Assembly: GCA_964106915.2 (NCBI GenBank)
Contig: OZ066923.1
Source of the DNA: Podarcis gaigeae
Lineage: Eukaryota
Direction: 5' to 3' (one strand)
DNA length: 64,000 bases
A model generated the notes under the pieces. It saw only the letters and a list, made by a program, of their open reading frames with translations, was not told the origin of the DNA and ran no database searches. The position numbers and the translations under genes are program-made. Positions within the stretch are counted from its first letter, which is position 1. The number at the start of each line of letters is the position of its first letter. Below, piece by piece: positions 1 through 12,778 of this stretch.

Positions 1-721
1 CCATGCCTCTACAGTGTGCTTCACAGTTGAGGATGCATTGGGTTTTTAACAACCAGGTCCAACTCTTAGCATCTTATATTCCCCGGCATATGCTTTTTGG
101 TAAATTCTGCAAACCTTTGTTTCCCAAAACACGGTTGATTCCTCCCTGCTATGTATGGATGGTGTTGTTTTGGCTGCATAAGGATCCACATTCAGAGAAT
201 GAGTTGCTGTTAGCGTATAGGACAGCACAGAAGCTGTACATGCTTATATGCCAATAAATCCTGTTTTATTTCTTGCATACCTTGGCCTATTGGTTTCGCT
301 TATGTTCCTGTATTTCTATTTTAGGCTGCGTATGTCTTGCTATTACCAGCTTATTGGTTTAAATAAAATTTAGGAACTTATTTCTTGCATAGTTTGTCTT
401 ATCCAATAGGCATGAGTTTCACAGTGGTCAATTCCATTTTATTTCATGGACTTGTGTGCTTCATAGCATGTGGTTCAGAAATTCAGATAACTTATGACAC
501 TTTTCACATAGGGAGCTAATCTTATAAAAACTGAAATTCACAGGCTTCTGAAATGAGTGGCCATCTCACTGATCTGTCAACCACTGTTAGGCTTTCTCCT
601 GTCTCCTCTGCAGTACTTAGATACACAATCAGGTTTAAGTGGTTGTTAATACTGGACTGTGCAGTTTTTGAACATACTTTGACTTTAGTCACTCTCAGTA
701 GCAGCAGTTGAGTAATGCCTA

Positions 722-743
722 TCATCATCATCATCATCATCAT
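722..743. repeat. (ATC)n microsatellite
   Basis: tcatcatcatcatcatcatcat run; explains the poly-Met ORF 522..743. Confidence 0.9.
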
Positions 744-1164
744 ATAACAAGGGTGTGGAAAGAAGTATCTCTCATTTCTTAGTGATTATTTTAGAGCTTA
801 CCGTCATTGTGTTGGCATGATGGCAGCTATGTTCTCTGTACTGCACGGACAAGCAGCTATCAGCATGGGAGCTGACAGTAGAAGTGAGACTTGTGGGTGC
901 TCTGGAGAGCCAGTAATCTACAAAATGTTATGTCTGGAAGCACCTTATTATTCAATTGCTCTGAACCTGTTTAAGTCTGGTAAAACAAGAAAAAAATGGT
1001 GTTAATTCAGAGCTATTCAGAAGTAAGCCCCATTGAGTTCAGTGGAATTTACTCCCAAGTAAGTGTGTACAGGATTCTAGCCTATTCTTTTCTAACATGG
1101 CATGCAGAGTTTGGTGCTTAGGGGGTGTATCCAACATTAACCATACTCAGAGTGGATCTTTTAA

Positions 1165-1293
1165 GGTCAAATGTGGCCCTCTAGCTGTTTTGGGACTACA
1201 ATTCCCATCATCCCTGACCACTGGTCCTGTTAGCTAGGGGTGATGGGAGTTGTAGTCACAAAACAGCTAGAGGGCCATGTTTGGCCATCCCTG
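1165..1293. mobile_element. short palindromic hAT-like MITE (squamate family; related copies near 17370-17500, 53533-53670, 55930-56046, 56130-56205)
   Basis: Internal inverted repeat ggactacaattcccatca...tgatgggagttgtagtc, same family as the TSD-flanked copy at 33347-33481. Confidence 0.65.
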
Positions 1294-1880
1294 TTTTATA
1301 TGCACTACTTCCCAGTGGGGAACTGGCATGCACATCTGGAAGCCTGGAAATGACATTGAGGCATTAAAAATAAGGAAACATCCTGGCTCCTGATTATCTG
1401 AGTGAATGTTCCTTCCTTACCATATTTTGAAAGGCAGGTCAAAACCTTTCTTTTCCAAAGAGAATTATGAAAATGGTTAAACCCTAGTTCTTCCCAAAAC
1501 ATACACAATATGCAAGCAAATCATAACCAAAGGTTGCAGGATTCCTTAAAGAGGAAATCAAGGACGAGGCCATTTTTAAAAGTAGGTTTGGGTTAGACAG
1601 AATCTTCCATGTGCTCCTGAAAGGTTCTGAGACACTGGAAATTTGTGTAATCCCCCCCCCCCCCAAATAAGCACTGCTCCAGTTTATTTACAAGACTGAA
1701 CTAAAGAGACAACAGCTTGATAAAGGGAAAAGTGGTGTAAGTTTAACAATTACGCAAAATACAGGTATTTTAATATCTTTTTTGAAAATGTTATCCTTTA
1801 AAAAAAAAAAACTTGCAATGGCTCCTTCTAACAGCCATCCCATAGAATGCTTATAGTCCATGTGGTATATGTCATGTTAG

Positions 1881-2240
<360 letters not shown>

Positions 2241-5200
2241 AAGAGAGAGAAACTGAGGCCAAGGAAGTTGCTTCTGTGGTTGTGGAATCTGCAGAAATGG
2301 ACTGCTACAAAGCCACAGGTCTTAAGACTCCTATAAAGAGCTGTGTGAATGACTTTCACCTGAAAGGGACAAGAGCCGTGTGATACCCCAGTGTCTGGAA
2401 TTTCATTTAAAACGATAGATTTCTTCAAGCACTCATCTGTGAAATGTTACACTTGATGAACATGGAATCAAGTACATGGATCTCAAAGGGTAGCTCACAT
2501 ATGAATATTAATTCACTGTAGATCTTTTTTGCAGTCTTGGAACTAAAAATGTGAAAATAAAAATGGAGGGAATGACCTAGCAAAAGGTGAAGCACTTTGA
2601 AGTCCTGTTGGTCCCAATGGGAGGGGCTAAAGCCTGTGCTTACCTGCCCCTTTAGTATCAGTTGAACATTAAAGTGCTTTAAATATTGGCTAGATCATGT
2701 CCTCAGTTGGTAACTTCTACAGTACCATAAATATATTGATGTTCTAGCTGCAAGCCTATGGCGTCTGTATTTTTTTTTATAAAGAATCATTGAACTGCTT
2801 AAAGGGTCTTCATATATCTTTGCTTTTTGAACCTATTTTTATACACTCTATAAACTCTGAATGGTGACTGCATTCACTCTGTGTGTGCATGTGTGTGTGT
2901 GCGCCTCTATATATATATGTAGTTGTGTGGTATACCAATCTAATCATTCATGCCTTACGGTGAAAAACAATCTATTTTTTCTTAGTGACTGGAAGGATTT
3001 TGTAATTTCCCTCATTTCAATGCAGTCTGTGAAAGAAGCTTTACTTTTTTAACACTGTTGATACTGACTGAAGAGATGACTGCTAAATCTCAGGTGTAAC
3101 TTGCTGGTTTCCAAACCCCCACCTCAAAATGAAAACTCCTTTGTGCTGTTAGTTTGTTTAAACTGAAGTGTATGTCCAAGTTTACAGTCCATACATTACT
3201 GGATAACTTCTAGCTTAGAATAAAAACACTTTTTGTGGCTTCTAGTCCAAAAATACAAATGATTCTAAAACCCGCTTCTTGAACACTGCCATGAATTCAA
3301 CAACAGCTGCTGCTATGCATCATTTGTTTCAGTGTTGCAGATGGAAATGAGTAGAGTCTGTGCAGCAGCCGTGGTTGATGGGATAGACAATACCATTTTC
3401 ACTATGAAAACATAGACCTTCCTAGAATTTGCACCTCAGTAGGTAGTTTTCGCTGAAAATTGGGGGGTGGGGGTGGGAGATGACGACAAAATAGCACCGA
3501 AGACTGGCAATGATTAAAAATAACTAGGTGACTTGCATAGAAATTAATTTAACACATACATTTTCAAGGTTTCCTGAGCAACATGTAGATTTATCATTTG
3601 CTCTCTTGCTCCCAATACATAATCCATTAACTCCAAAGTAGCCCTCAAATTAGTGGACTGTAATGCAGGTTAATGGGGTTCATGCCTCACAAATTTCATT
3701 TGGAAACTCTTCAGCATGTTCTTGTTGACTTTGTAGTGTTTTTGGTAGTATAAAGATGGCTGAAGTACACATGAATATTCCGTATGCTGCATTTCCTAAA
3801 ATTTATGTGTTAAAATCAAGAAAAAGCTAAGCACCTGAGCTTCACTGATTCTAGTTCTAAACAGTGGATTAATGTTTTCCATTTTTGTTTTGTTTTGCTG
3901 GCAGCCAAAAGCCATTGTTTGTCCAAAATCACTTATTCTAGTTTCTAGAATTTTGTGCATTAAACAGTCATATAAATGATCCAGCTGTTGCCATCTGTAT
4001 TTCAGCTGCCAAGGGAAAGGACAGTTGCTTAAGTGGTAGAACACATGCTCTGCCTGCAGCTTTAACCCTGATTTCTCTCGCTAAAAAAATAAATTATGTA
4101 GCAAGGCTGGGAAACATCTGTACTCAAGACCATGGGGGGGAGCTGTTGCCAGTCAGAGAAGACAATGCTGGAACAATGGTAAGGCAGCTTCATCATATTT
4201 TACTTAAAATATTTCTATACATCAAACTTTTGTAAAGGTTAAGAGAACAGAATTCTTCAAACCCAAAATGTGATACATCAAACCATCCCAACATAAGGAT
4301 TTTATCACCGCTACTCTCTGAATAAGTGTTTTTCAGGGAGCTGAATTAAGACAGCAAAAGACTGTAAGAAGGCCATGGCTATATGAGAGCTTAAAAGGAG
4401 CTCTTCATCTGGGATACCTTGACTAGCATGATTGCAGATATTGAAAAAAATCAGTTTACTCCATGCTGTTCAACCACACTCTTAACAAAGATTCCTAAAA
4501 GCATCTATTAAAGCAGAAACATCCAATTCCTTTTTGTTAAGGATCTTTGTAAAAAAAAAAAAAAATTCTGAGTGTCTTCCAGATGTTTGACTTTTAATTG
4601 GTTTGTATGTGGATATTATTTTTAGAATGAGTAGCCAGACTGAAACAAAGAGATAGAATATAGAAATATTTAGACTTAAAATGCTGTAGAAATTAATTGC
4701 CATTCCAGGTGGCAACCCTTCACTGAGGGTCTTAAAACTGTAAATGAGATATTGTGAACACAGTGTTGTCTGGTTACATATGCTTAGTCCTACTGAGGAT
4801 AAAAGAAATGTAACGTGCAGATTTACCGTATGTGGCTGATCTTAAAAGCATCCTCACTGATCCAAGCTTACATAGTTCTCTCTGGTACTGAGCGCCTGCC
4901 ACAACAACTAGTGCCCCTGCTTATTTTGTGTGCTTAATTATAAAAGCTTTCAAAAAAGTGAAAACCCAGGCTGCTTGTTGGATAGGAAGAGGAGTGCGTA
5001 GAATCCAAAAGACTCCCAGCACTCTTAAGGAGTGTGGCAATCCTAATGATAGGATGTTAAAATTATGCAACTGTGGCACTACAGGGCTATTTCCTTAAGG
5101 CATTGTTTTGAAAGCTTTTATTTGTCAGCTTACTGAAAACTGATACAGAATGACCTGGTGGGTTTATCTTTCTTTTGGTTAGTATATTGCACTCAGTATC

Positions 5201-5456
5201 AGCAACACTGTTAACAGTGCCATCATTCAAGTTAAGTTTCTGATAAGATGGTGTCCAATTTGGTGGAGAAACTTGAAATCCCATTACTCACAGAGTTCCA
5301 TGTTTAAAAAATTTCATTTAAACTGAAATAAGTAGGGTGTGAATAAAAATCCATTTTGAGGATCAATCACATTCAGTGTTCTCCAAGTATAAAAAGTCAC
5401 CCAACCGTCTTTCATCTCAAACTCCCATGTGGCATTCTTTAAATACATTCCAGAAA

Positions 5457-6623
5457 TTAATCTTCAATGTTTAAAGGAGCAACTGGATTAAATATTGGCC
5501 TCTCCTTTTTTTCTTGTATCTTTCCGTAAGTAACTTCAAAATCCATTTTTGTCCCAGTCAGGCATTCTAGAGTTCTGCCTTTTAGACTGTATCCTATGGC
5601 ATCTAATTTTTTAATCCTATATTGCACTATTTCTGCTGACAGTTCTAACACTGCAGGTGTTTGTTTAATTTGGTCCACAGAAATTCCCACCTTCAATAGC
5701 CCCTCCAGTCTTTCTTCCAGCACTGGAACTGAGTAGTAGAGAAGGGCAGGGCATTTTATTATTAGCTCTTTTAATTCTTGATCACTGCATTTGAAGATGT
5801 TCTTGGAGAACAGCAGGCTGTTCTGCATGCTATTAGGGTTAAGCTGAAAAACAAAGCCCTTCAGCTTGGATAGCAGACTCAAAACTTCAAAGTCAGTGAA
5901 TTTGTTCTTCTGAAAAAACCCCAAATTTTCTTCAACAGCAGCCGAAGAATTTAACAAAATAAATGGGTTTTGACTCAGTAATTTCATCATCCAGTTCTTC
6001 ATATTTTCCTGTGAACCTCCTAGCCTTATATAGTTACTTTGTAGGGTTTCTATCATATGCTTGTTCTTTGCAACAGGATTATAAAAAATATTTGATGCGC
6101 TTGTTAGGAGCCGGCTGATAACCGCATTTTTCAGTCCCAGATCTTTGAAGAACCTAACGTTGGCTTTCTGGTTTTCATAGTTTTTAACTGTAAAAAAGGA
6201 GTCTGGGAACCGTTTTATTAATTCAACTAGTTGTTTTTCGTTTTGGCAGACTGATAACCACAATTCCCTCTGATAATGGATATCTGTAGGGCTACAAAGA
6301 ATTGCCTCAGGACAGCGTTCAAAAATATATGCCACAGAACTCTTGTCAGCTCCCATTTCTTGCAAAATCTTAGCTGTTTCCTTGATGTGCGTCATCTCTT
6401 TTGAGAGCACCCATGGCTTTAGCCTACGGATCTTCTTGATATCCACAGATAACTCATAGAGGCTTTGTACAGTAGCCTTGTTCTCTCCAGCAGCGACATC
6501 AGATGTATATCGAAAATGCAGTAAAAAGTTTCTGTTGTGTCTTTGATTCCATAAGGCTGAAAGAGCTGGCAACAGCAGGCGAGGCTGAGATCGCATAAAT
6601 AGATTTGGAGCAACGTGGGTCAT
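5457..6623 (-). CDS. MTERF2: mitochondrial transcription termination factor 2, single coding exon (~388 aa)
   Basis: ORF has the MTERF2 motifs [53 protein letters not shown] and C-terminal [14 protein letters not shown]; minus-strand acceptor ttctttcAG at 6659-6660; first in-exon ATG at 6623 (alternative ATG at 6596). Confidence 0.93.
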   Translation of the reverse strand: MTHVAPNLFMRSQPRLLLPALSALWNQRHNRNFLLHFRYTSDVAAGENKATVQSLYELSVDIKKIRRLKPWVLSKEMTHIKETAKILQEMGADKSSVAYIFERCPEAILCSPTDIHYQRELWLSVCQNEKQLVELIKRFPDSFFTVKNYENQKANVRFFKDLGLKNAVISRLLTSASNIFYNPVAKNKHMIETLQSNYIRLGGSQENMKNWMMKLLSQNPFILLNSSAAVEENLGFFQKNKFTDFEVLSLLSKLKGFVFQLNPNSMQNSLLFSKNIFKCSDQELKELIIKCPALLYYSVPVLEERLEGLLKVGISVDQIKQTPAVLELSAEIVQYRIKKLDAIGYSLKGRTLECLTGTKMDFEVTYGKIQEKKERPIFNPVAPLNIED

Positions 6624-7704
6624 TTCAGTTTGTGATTTAGCACTATGTCTGAGAAGGCCTGAAAGAATGAAAGTATTTGAGATAGTATTAATACTGTGCC
6701 TGTTCAACCTTTCTTTTTTTGGGGGGGAGGGAGAACAAGAAAACAATATTTTCCCCACTTAGGGAATTTCTGCTCCTGTTTAACAACAATCTTTCCAGGC
6801 TGTAATTATGCTCCACTCTGTGGCAGCTGCATTCAAATATTCATATTTAAATAATGTGTATGCTTGGCACCTTCTGTCTCAGCCAGATATAAATGATAAA
6901 CGACTGGTAATCTGTAGCAGAATTTATGTTAGTAGGTCAACAGAAACTTGCAATGCAAGAGGCTGGGTGCCTGTTGCTACACCTCCTGAGACCTAATAGG
7001 GGGTAAAATAAAACCACACACTTTAACTGCCGGAGGAATTGATCAAGAGGACCAAGGAATGGATGGGAAAGCACAATTACCTGCTACATCTGTATTGTTA
7101 AGGTAAGTGCACCAGTCACCTTCACACACCCATGACAGTTAAATCTATTTGTTTTCATTTTTTTAAAGGTCCCATTTCACAACTTTACTCTCGCCTATTT
7201 TGCGATGCCTCTATTTTTTCACCATCACAGAAGCAGGTGGAACTTCAGGAGACATGCACCATGTTTTTGGCAAAACTTTAAAAGAGCTTTGGTCCCTTGA
7301 AGTACCATGGAGGTAGCCATGTTACTGAAAAACCCTGCCCACAGAGGCTCCCCTATTGTACAACTTTCGTTATATGCTGAAGACCCACCTCTTTTTTATA
7401 TTGATAGGAGGTTTTTTTTGGGGGGGTCAGTCTGGATGATGCCCCGAGTCCCTTCTGATCCTTGAGATCCTGGATCTGTGCAAGCTTGCCAAACCAGTTC
7501 CTTTATCTTTAAGGTAAAGATTTTGGGTAGCCATTTAAGCACCGCAATCAGGACAACCAAATTAGTTACCCTGCTTGGAAATTGGGGTGGCATGTATCAA
7601 TATATTTAGGATGCATTCCAGTTGTGACTGCTATGGGAGGAATGCTAGAATCGGGTTGTAAAGTCTGCTTCTTATTTATTTTATTATTTTAAGGCTGGCA
7701 TAAG

Positions 7705-8160
7705 CAGCACCGGATTTAGGTTTGATGAGGCCCTAAGCTACTAAAGGTAATGGGGCCCTTTATATGTCCAGTTGTCCATTGTCGACAACAAATTGTCACT
7801 GTTTTTTGTGTTGAATATATGCTATATGGTAATTTATGGACCTAACAGGTATCTAAAGCCATTTGCACATAACAGAATACATATTTTATTAAATAATTGT
7901 TGAACTGAAATGCAATTAAGAAGAAGCATATTAACAGTGAAATAATTATTAAGCTCTAACTTAAAATGATTGGGGGCCCATTACTTACATCACAGGAGCC
8001 TACACAACACAAAACACTGTTGCTGTATGTAGGCTTTATTTTATTTGTTTTTTGTCTTATATTTTGGAAATGTACATCCTGTGTTTTTTCCATGGGGGGG
8101 GGGCAAGAGAGTGGGGCCCTAAGCTATAGCTTGTTTAGCTGATACGTAAATCCGGCACTG
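7705..8160. mobile_element. hAT-type MITE, copy 1
   Basis: TIRs cagcaccggattta / taaatccggcactg; highly similar to 9550-9985 in the same orientation. Confidence 0.8.
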
Positions 8161-8164
8161 CACT

Positions 8165-8620
8165 GGTGGCCAGGTGTGTGCCAAACACCGCGCTGTCCCT
8201 TCCAGCGAGAGATACTTACTAAATCGGCGCTCAACCCACACACCGCCCTTGCTGGATGACCGTCTGTTTCCCTTCCGCAAAGCTGCTGCGGCCGGGCTTT
8301 GCTGCTGCCTCCGCCATTCTCTCCAGACCAGGCCTCGGTGATCCCTTGGGCGCTTGACCTTGCACTGCCCCGTCCCGGATCCCCATCCTCAGTGCAGACC
8401 CCGCGCGCGCGGCAGCAACTCCGGGCCCAAAGCGCGACGGGAGATCCGGAAGCGCAGCAAAGGGGCGTCTGCGTTCCCACCAATGGAGAGGCGGCAAGTA
8501 ACAGCCACCCGGGCACGCTTCTTGGCCATACCATTCATTGTGCGAGGCAGAGGGAGGGGTGTAATGCTGGCGGACCGAACCATTTCCACTTTTGCAACTC
8601 GGGTTGGTGGCTGTGACAAG
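8165..8620 (-). promoter_or_regulatory. MTERF2 CpG-island promoter and probable non-coding first exon
   Basis: CpG-dense block upstream of the MTERF2 coding exon; minus-strand donor TTA|GTAAGT (plus acttac 8214-8219); ETS-like CCGGAAG at 8446-8452; CCAAT near 8480. Confidence 0.65.
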
Positions 8621-9549
8621 CCAGAGGAGTGATTTGAAACGGATTTGTTGATGTTGTGATTTTTAAAAAAAGGAAAAATAAGCACAAGACGAACACACTG
8701 TTCCCTGCAACCACCCCTTTGCATAATAACCGCAAAGGACAGAAACACTTATTTGCAAAAGGGTGGGAGAAACTGAGATACTTATTCACAGCATACATTT
8801 TTAAAGCACATTTCTACCACTTTTGACACTCATGGCTTTCCCCCAAAGAGTCCTGGGAACGGTAGTGCACGTAATGCGCAGCACCCTCAAAAAGCTATGG
8901 TTCCCTGGAGTCTTCTGGGAGAGCTGTTTAAGTGAGCATTGGCACGGGCTGACATTTATTCAGCGGCAAGTTTTGAAATTTGAAATGGTCCAAAGTGGAC
9001 AATGGCTTCACTTGGACTGGTTAATTGATGAAACTCCCTTCATCTGATTGTCAATCTTGACTGGCACCAGCACAAACAGAATACATTCCTACAGAATACA
9101 TTCCTTCCTGAAGCCATGAAGCATGCAGTTTAGTACGCAAACTAAACATAAAAGTAAATGTTAATGTAATTGCCTAATTTTTAAGAAGTAGGAGAGGTTC
9201 TTTTTACATAATTTTAGGCTAGATCAGTAACACAGTAGTCAAAATACTACAGGTATGGATTCTAATTATTATAAAAGCAACTTGCAGGAAACTGCATCAC
9301 GTGGAAATCTTAAAAAGAAACAAAACTTTTCAGGTGTGGAAACATGTCATTAAAAGCACACTCAGGCAACACTAAAACCACCTTGCACTTAACGTCATAA
9401 CAAGCACCATATGATTAGCAAATTACAGGGTTTGTTATACTCCTAGCTTTCAAAGACATTAGATGCTTTGGATTTCTTTCTTGCTTCATGGTACACAATG
9501 TTCTGCCAAGCCTTAGTACAGTACTTAGTGCAAAGAGAACTAGTGTGGT

Positions 9550-9985
9550 CAGGGCCGGATTTAGATTTGATGAGGCCCTAAGCTACTGAAGGTAATGGGG
9601 CCCTTTATACGTCCAGCTGTCCTTTGTCAAAACAATTTGTCACTGTTTTTTTGTGTTGAATATATGCTATATGGTAATTTATGGACATAACAGGTATCTT
9701 AAGCCATTTGCACATAACAAAATATGTATTTTATCAAAGTAATTGTTGAACTGAAATGCAATTAAGGATATTAATAGTGAAATACAATTAATAAGTATAT
9801 TAATAGTGAAATAATTATTAAGCTCTAACTGTATGTAGGTTTTATTTTATTTGTTTTTTATCTTCTACAGTATTTTGGAAATGTACACCCAGGTTTTTTT
9901 TTCCTTTACATTTTTTTGGGGGCCCCCAAAAGAGTGGGCCCCTAAACTATAGCTTGTTTAGCTTATATACATAAATCTGGCACTG
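9550..9985. mobile_element. hAT-type MITE, copy 2
   Basis: TIRs cagggccggattta / taaatctggcactg; 8-bp TSD AGTGTGGT at 9542-9549 and 9986-9993. Confidence 0.88.
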
Positions 9986-12568
9986 AGTGTGGTACAACTA
10001 TGCTTCTTCAGAAACACACTGGTGAGTATTCAGCCTTCATTTTGGAATCCCTGGCCTATATTAAATAAGTAACTTTCTCACCAAAGACTGTAATTTGCCT
10101 TCTTTTGCATAAGGAAAGGAAAGGTATGGTAGCATTCTAGAACAAATGTTATCCTCCCATCTACATAAGCACCCTTCTGGACTCTTTTTTATTGTGCATT
10201 CATGATTATTTGTGCTTGTGATGGTATCTGGGTGGTTATACCTGATCTTGCCTTGCATACTGTTTGCACCTGCAAACATTTTGAGGTAGACACACAGTGC
10301 TTCATTCACAATCCTCCACTGCGTTAGGCTTATGGAGAAACCCTTTCCTTGGCTATTAAAGCAATGTCTTTCATGTAGAGGTCTACCTTTAAAGACAGTG
10401 GGCCATACTCTCTCTCTTGAATTCCTCAGTTCCTTTTCTGTATCTGCATGGTACTTTTGAAGGGGATGGAGGTAGATTACATCTAGCACACATCTAACTC
10501 CAGTGGTCAGCCTGTGCCTGCAACTTCATCCTACTGTAGTGACACATGTGTCACTATTAATCCATTCCAACTGCAGAATGAGCAACCATTGGCTTTGCAG
10601 TCCATGATACCAGCAGCTAAGTCAAAGTCTCCAAACATGTGGAAAACTGCAAAACTTGCACATTTTTTAAACTGCTGATGCAATTTGTTATTTGATTGTA
10701 TTTACTGTATTTTATGCTGTACCTCACTCTGAGAGACAAAACTGAAGATCAGCTAATATTTTTTTCCAATAAATAATGCAGTGCCTACATTCTTAAGATA
10801 CACAATCTTCATATGCCCCAGCTTCTAATTTAGCATAAAAGTGATCAACTGAAAGTGTAGGAAGCTGTGGTTGAAGAAGCCCTGAATTGTTAAAAATACA
10901 GGTCACTCTTTTTACAGGATTAGTTTCCTATGAAAGAGGGAGCACTGGAGATTTGTGGTGTCTTTGTAGTAATCCACTTAATTGCAAATGAATATGCTGA
11001 GCAGGTCAAGCACACTGTTAATACTAGATTCCCAGTGACATTATTTTGGCCCCATAAAACCTACACCACCTTATAATGTAGTAAATAGAAGCTGTCTGCA
11101 ACCCTCTCCCTCTCCCAAGCCTCTTAGGTGCTGTTAGACGAGGCATGTTTCCAAAGTGGGTGTGACCCAAGGTGGCTTGGATGTGAACACCTATATACCT
11201 CATTAACATGAAACCAAAGTCCCTAAGGCAAACTCTCTTCACATAATGTTAAAGATATTATTCTGTTGCACAATCATCTGGATGTGCCATAGGCTGTGTA
11301 CACACTAAACCTAGAAAACACATTTGAAGGGTATTTTCCCCCTCAAATAATTCTGAGCACTGTAGTCTGTTAGGGAAATTGTAGTTTTGTGAGGGGCAAA
11401 GCTACAGACCACATGATTCTCTAAGAGTAATAAGGGAAGCCATGTGCTTAAATGCATGGTATCTTCAAGTGGCTTTGAAAGCAGATATTCTGAGAAAAAA
11501 ATGCACTCTGGGAAAATTATGTGAATAGTTTTGCTTGCAGCTACTTTCCAAATGGTGTAGAAGAGCAAGTTTTTTTAAGGCTTCTGTGTAGTAAGAAATG
11601 ACAGGGTATGGGTTTATTTTGGTGCAAAGTGGATGAAAATGCAGGATAGCTTTGACTAATCTAATGCCTGTCTAATCTAATGTTGTTGGCATAGGAGATA
11701 CTTCCTATTTCTGTCTAGCTTGTTTAGAGCAAGATTAGGGTATCCACTTTATCAAATATAGACTTTTTCATTTATGAAGTTAGGCTTTGAAGAGGGAATG
11801 AGCAATTTATCCCATCAAACTGGCTTTCTCCTGACCCTTTATGGAAGCTGTGAGGGGAGAAAGTAGGACAATGGATCCACTCTTGCAACCACATTACTGT
11901 TATTTTATTAAGTTGTAATTGTTTTTGTTGTACTATTGTCTCCCTTTCTCTGTGGAGTGTGAGAAAGAGGGAGAGCCATTAGATGCTCCAGATTACCGAG
12001 GCAGTGTAAACAGTACAGCTTCCAAACAGGAGCCATCAAATCATGTTCCCACACGAGAGTAATCTGCATGGTAGAAATAAGTACCAAAACCCGCCTTCCC
12101 ATCTGTGTCTCCTCATTTGCCTCAGCATCTCCGTCACTGCTGCAGGTCCTTGGCAGCCAGGGACTGGCCTAGATGACATAATCTGGGTTATCGAGTAATG
12201 TGAGAGTAGTTTATGCTTTTTGTAAAAATATGCCAGCAAAAACTGTATATCGAAGGTATTGAAACTCTCTTTTGAGAAAGGTCTGCAAAAGTCCATTTCC
12301 AATCCACAGTTACCAACACTCAGCTGCATCCTCATATTGGTGGGCGAACCTTTAAGTGAACTGGCACTGGTAAATAAAGCACGAGCAGAGGTGGGGTTTT
12401 TTTTTGCCCTTTGGAAGAGGTTCTGGGTTTTTATTTGGCTGCAGAGCGTGGCGAACTAAGTAATAATATTTAAATTAAAATGCAGCGCATGACGCGGACC
12501 GTAACAGTAGCAGGGCGGAAGCACCGCTGCGAGGTGACAGCGAGGCCGCAGCCGCCTCACGCACTTCA

Positions 12569-12578
12569 GTTACATAAC
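12569..12578 (-). promoter_or_regulatory. D-box (PAR-bZIP DBP/TEF/HLF and E4BP4 site)
   Basis: GTTACATAAC is the reverse complement of GTTATGTAAC, an exact RTTAYGTAAY match within a clock-gene promoter island. Confidence 0.6.
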
Positions 12579-12681
12579 GACTTCTCCAAGTTACAGATAG
12601 GTAGCCGTGTTGGTCTGCCATAGTCAAAACAAAAAAAATTCCTTCCAGTAGCACCTTAAAGACCAACTAAGTCAGTTCTTG

Positions 12682-12719
12682 GTATGAGCTTTCGTGTGCA
12701 TGCACACTTCTTCAGATAC
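12682..12719 (-). ncRNA. minimal type I hammerhead ribozyme motif (Penelope-type)
   Basis: Minus strand reads GUAU-CUGAAGA-A-GUGUGC-AU-GCACAC-GAAA-GCUC-AUAC: stem I GUAU/AUAC, conserved core, stem II, palindromic AGCU in place of stem III. Confidence 0.8.
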
Positions 12720-12740
12720 ACACATCTGAAGAAATATTGT

Positions 12741-12778
12741 GTATCTGAAGATGTGTGCATGCACACGAAAGCTCATAC
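12741..12778 (+). ncRNA. minimal type I hammerhead ribozyme motif (Penelope-type)
   Basis: GUAU-CUGAAGA-U-GUGUGC-AU-GCACAC-GAAA-GCUC-AUAC; predicted cleavage after C12774. Confidence 0.8.

Noticed and set aside
522-743. ORF starting with a poly-Met run
   Set aside because: Produced by the (ATC)n microsatellite
6624-6758. 45-aa N-terminal extension of MTERF2 in the ORF track
   Set aside because: Begins at a non-ATG codon and crosses a splice acceptor at 6659-6660; homology starts near the ATG at 6623
8124-8798. Several overlapping ORFs on both strands
   Set aside because: Stop-poor GC-rich CpG island; no recognisable protein
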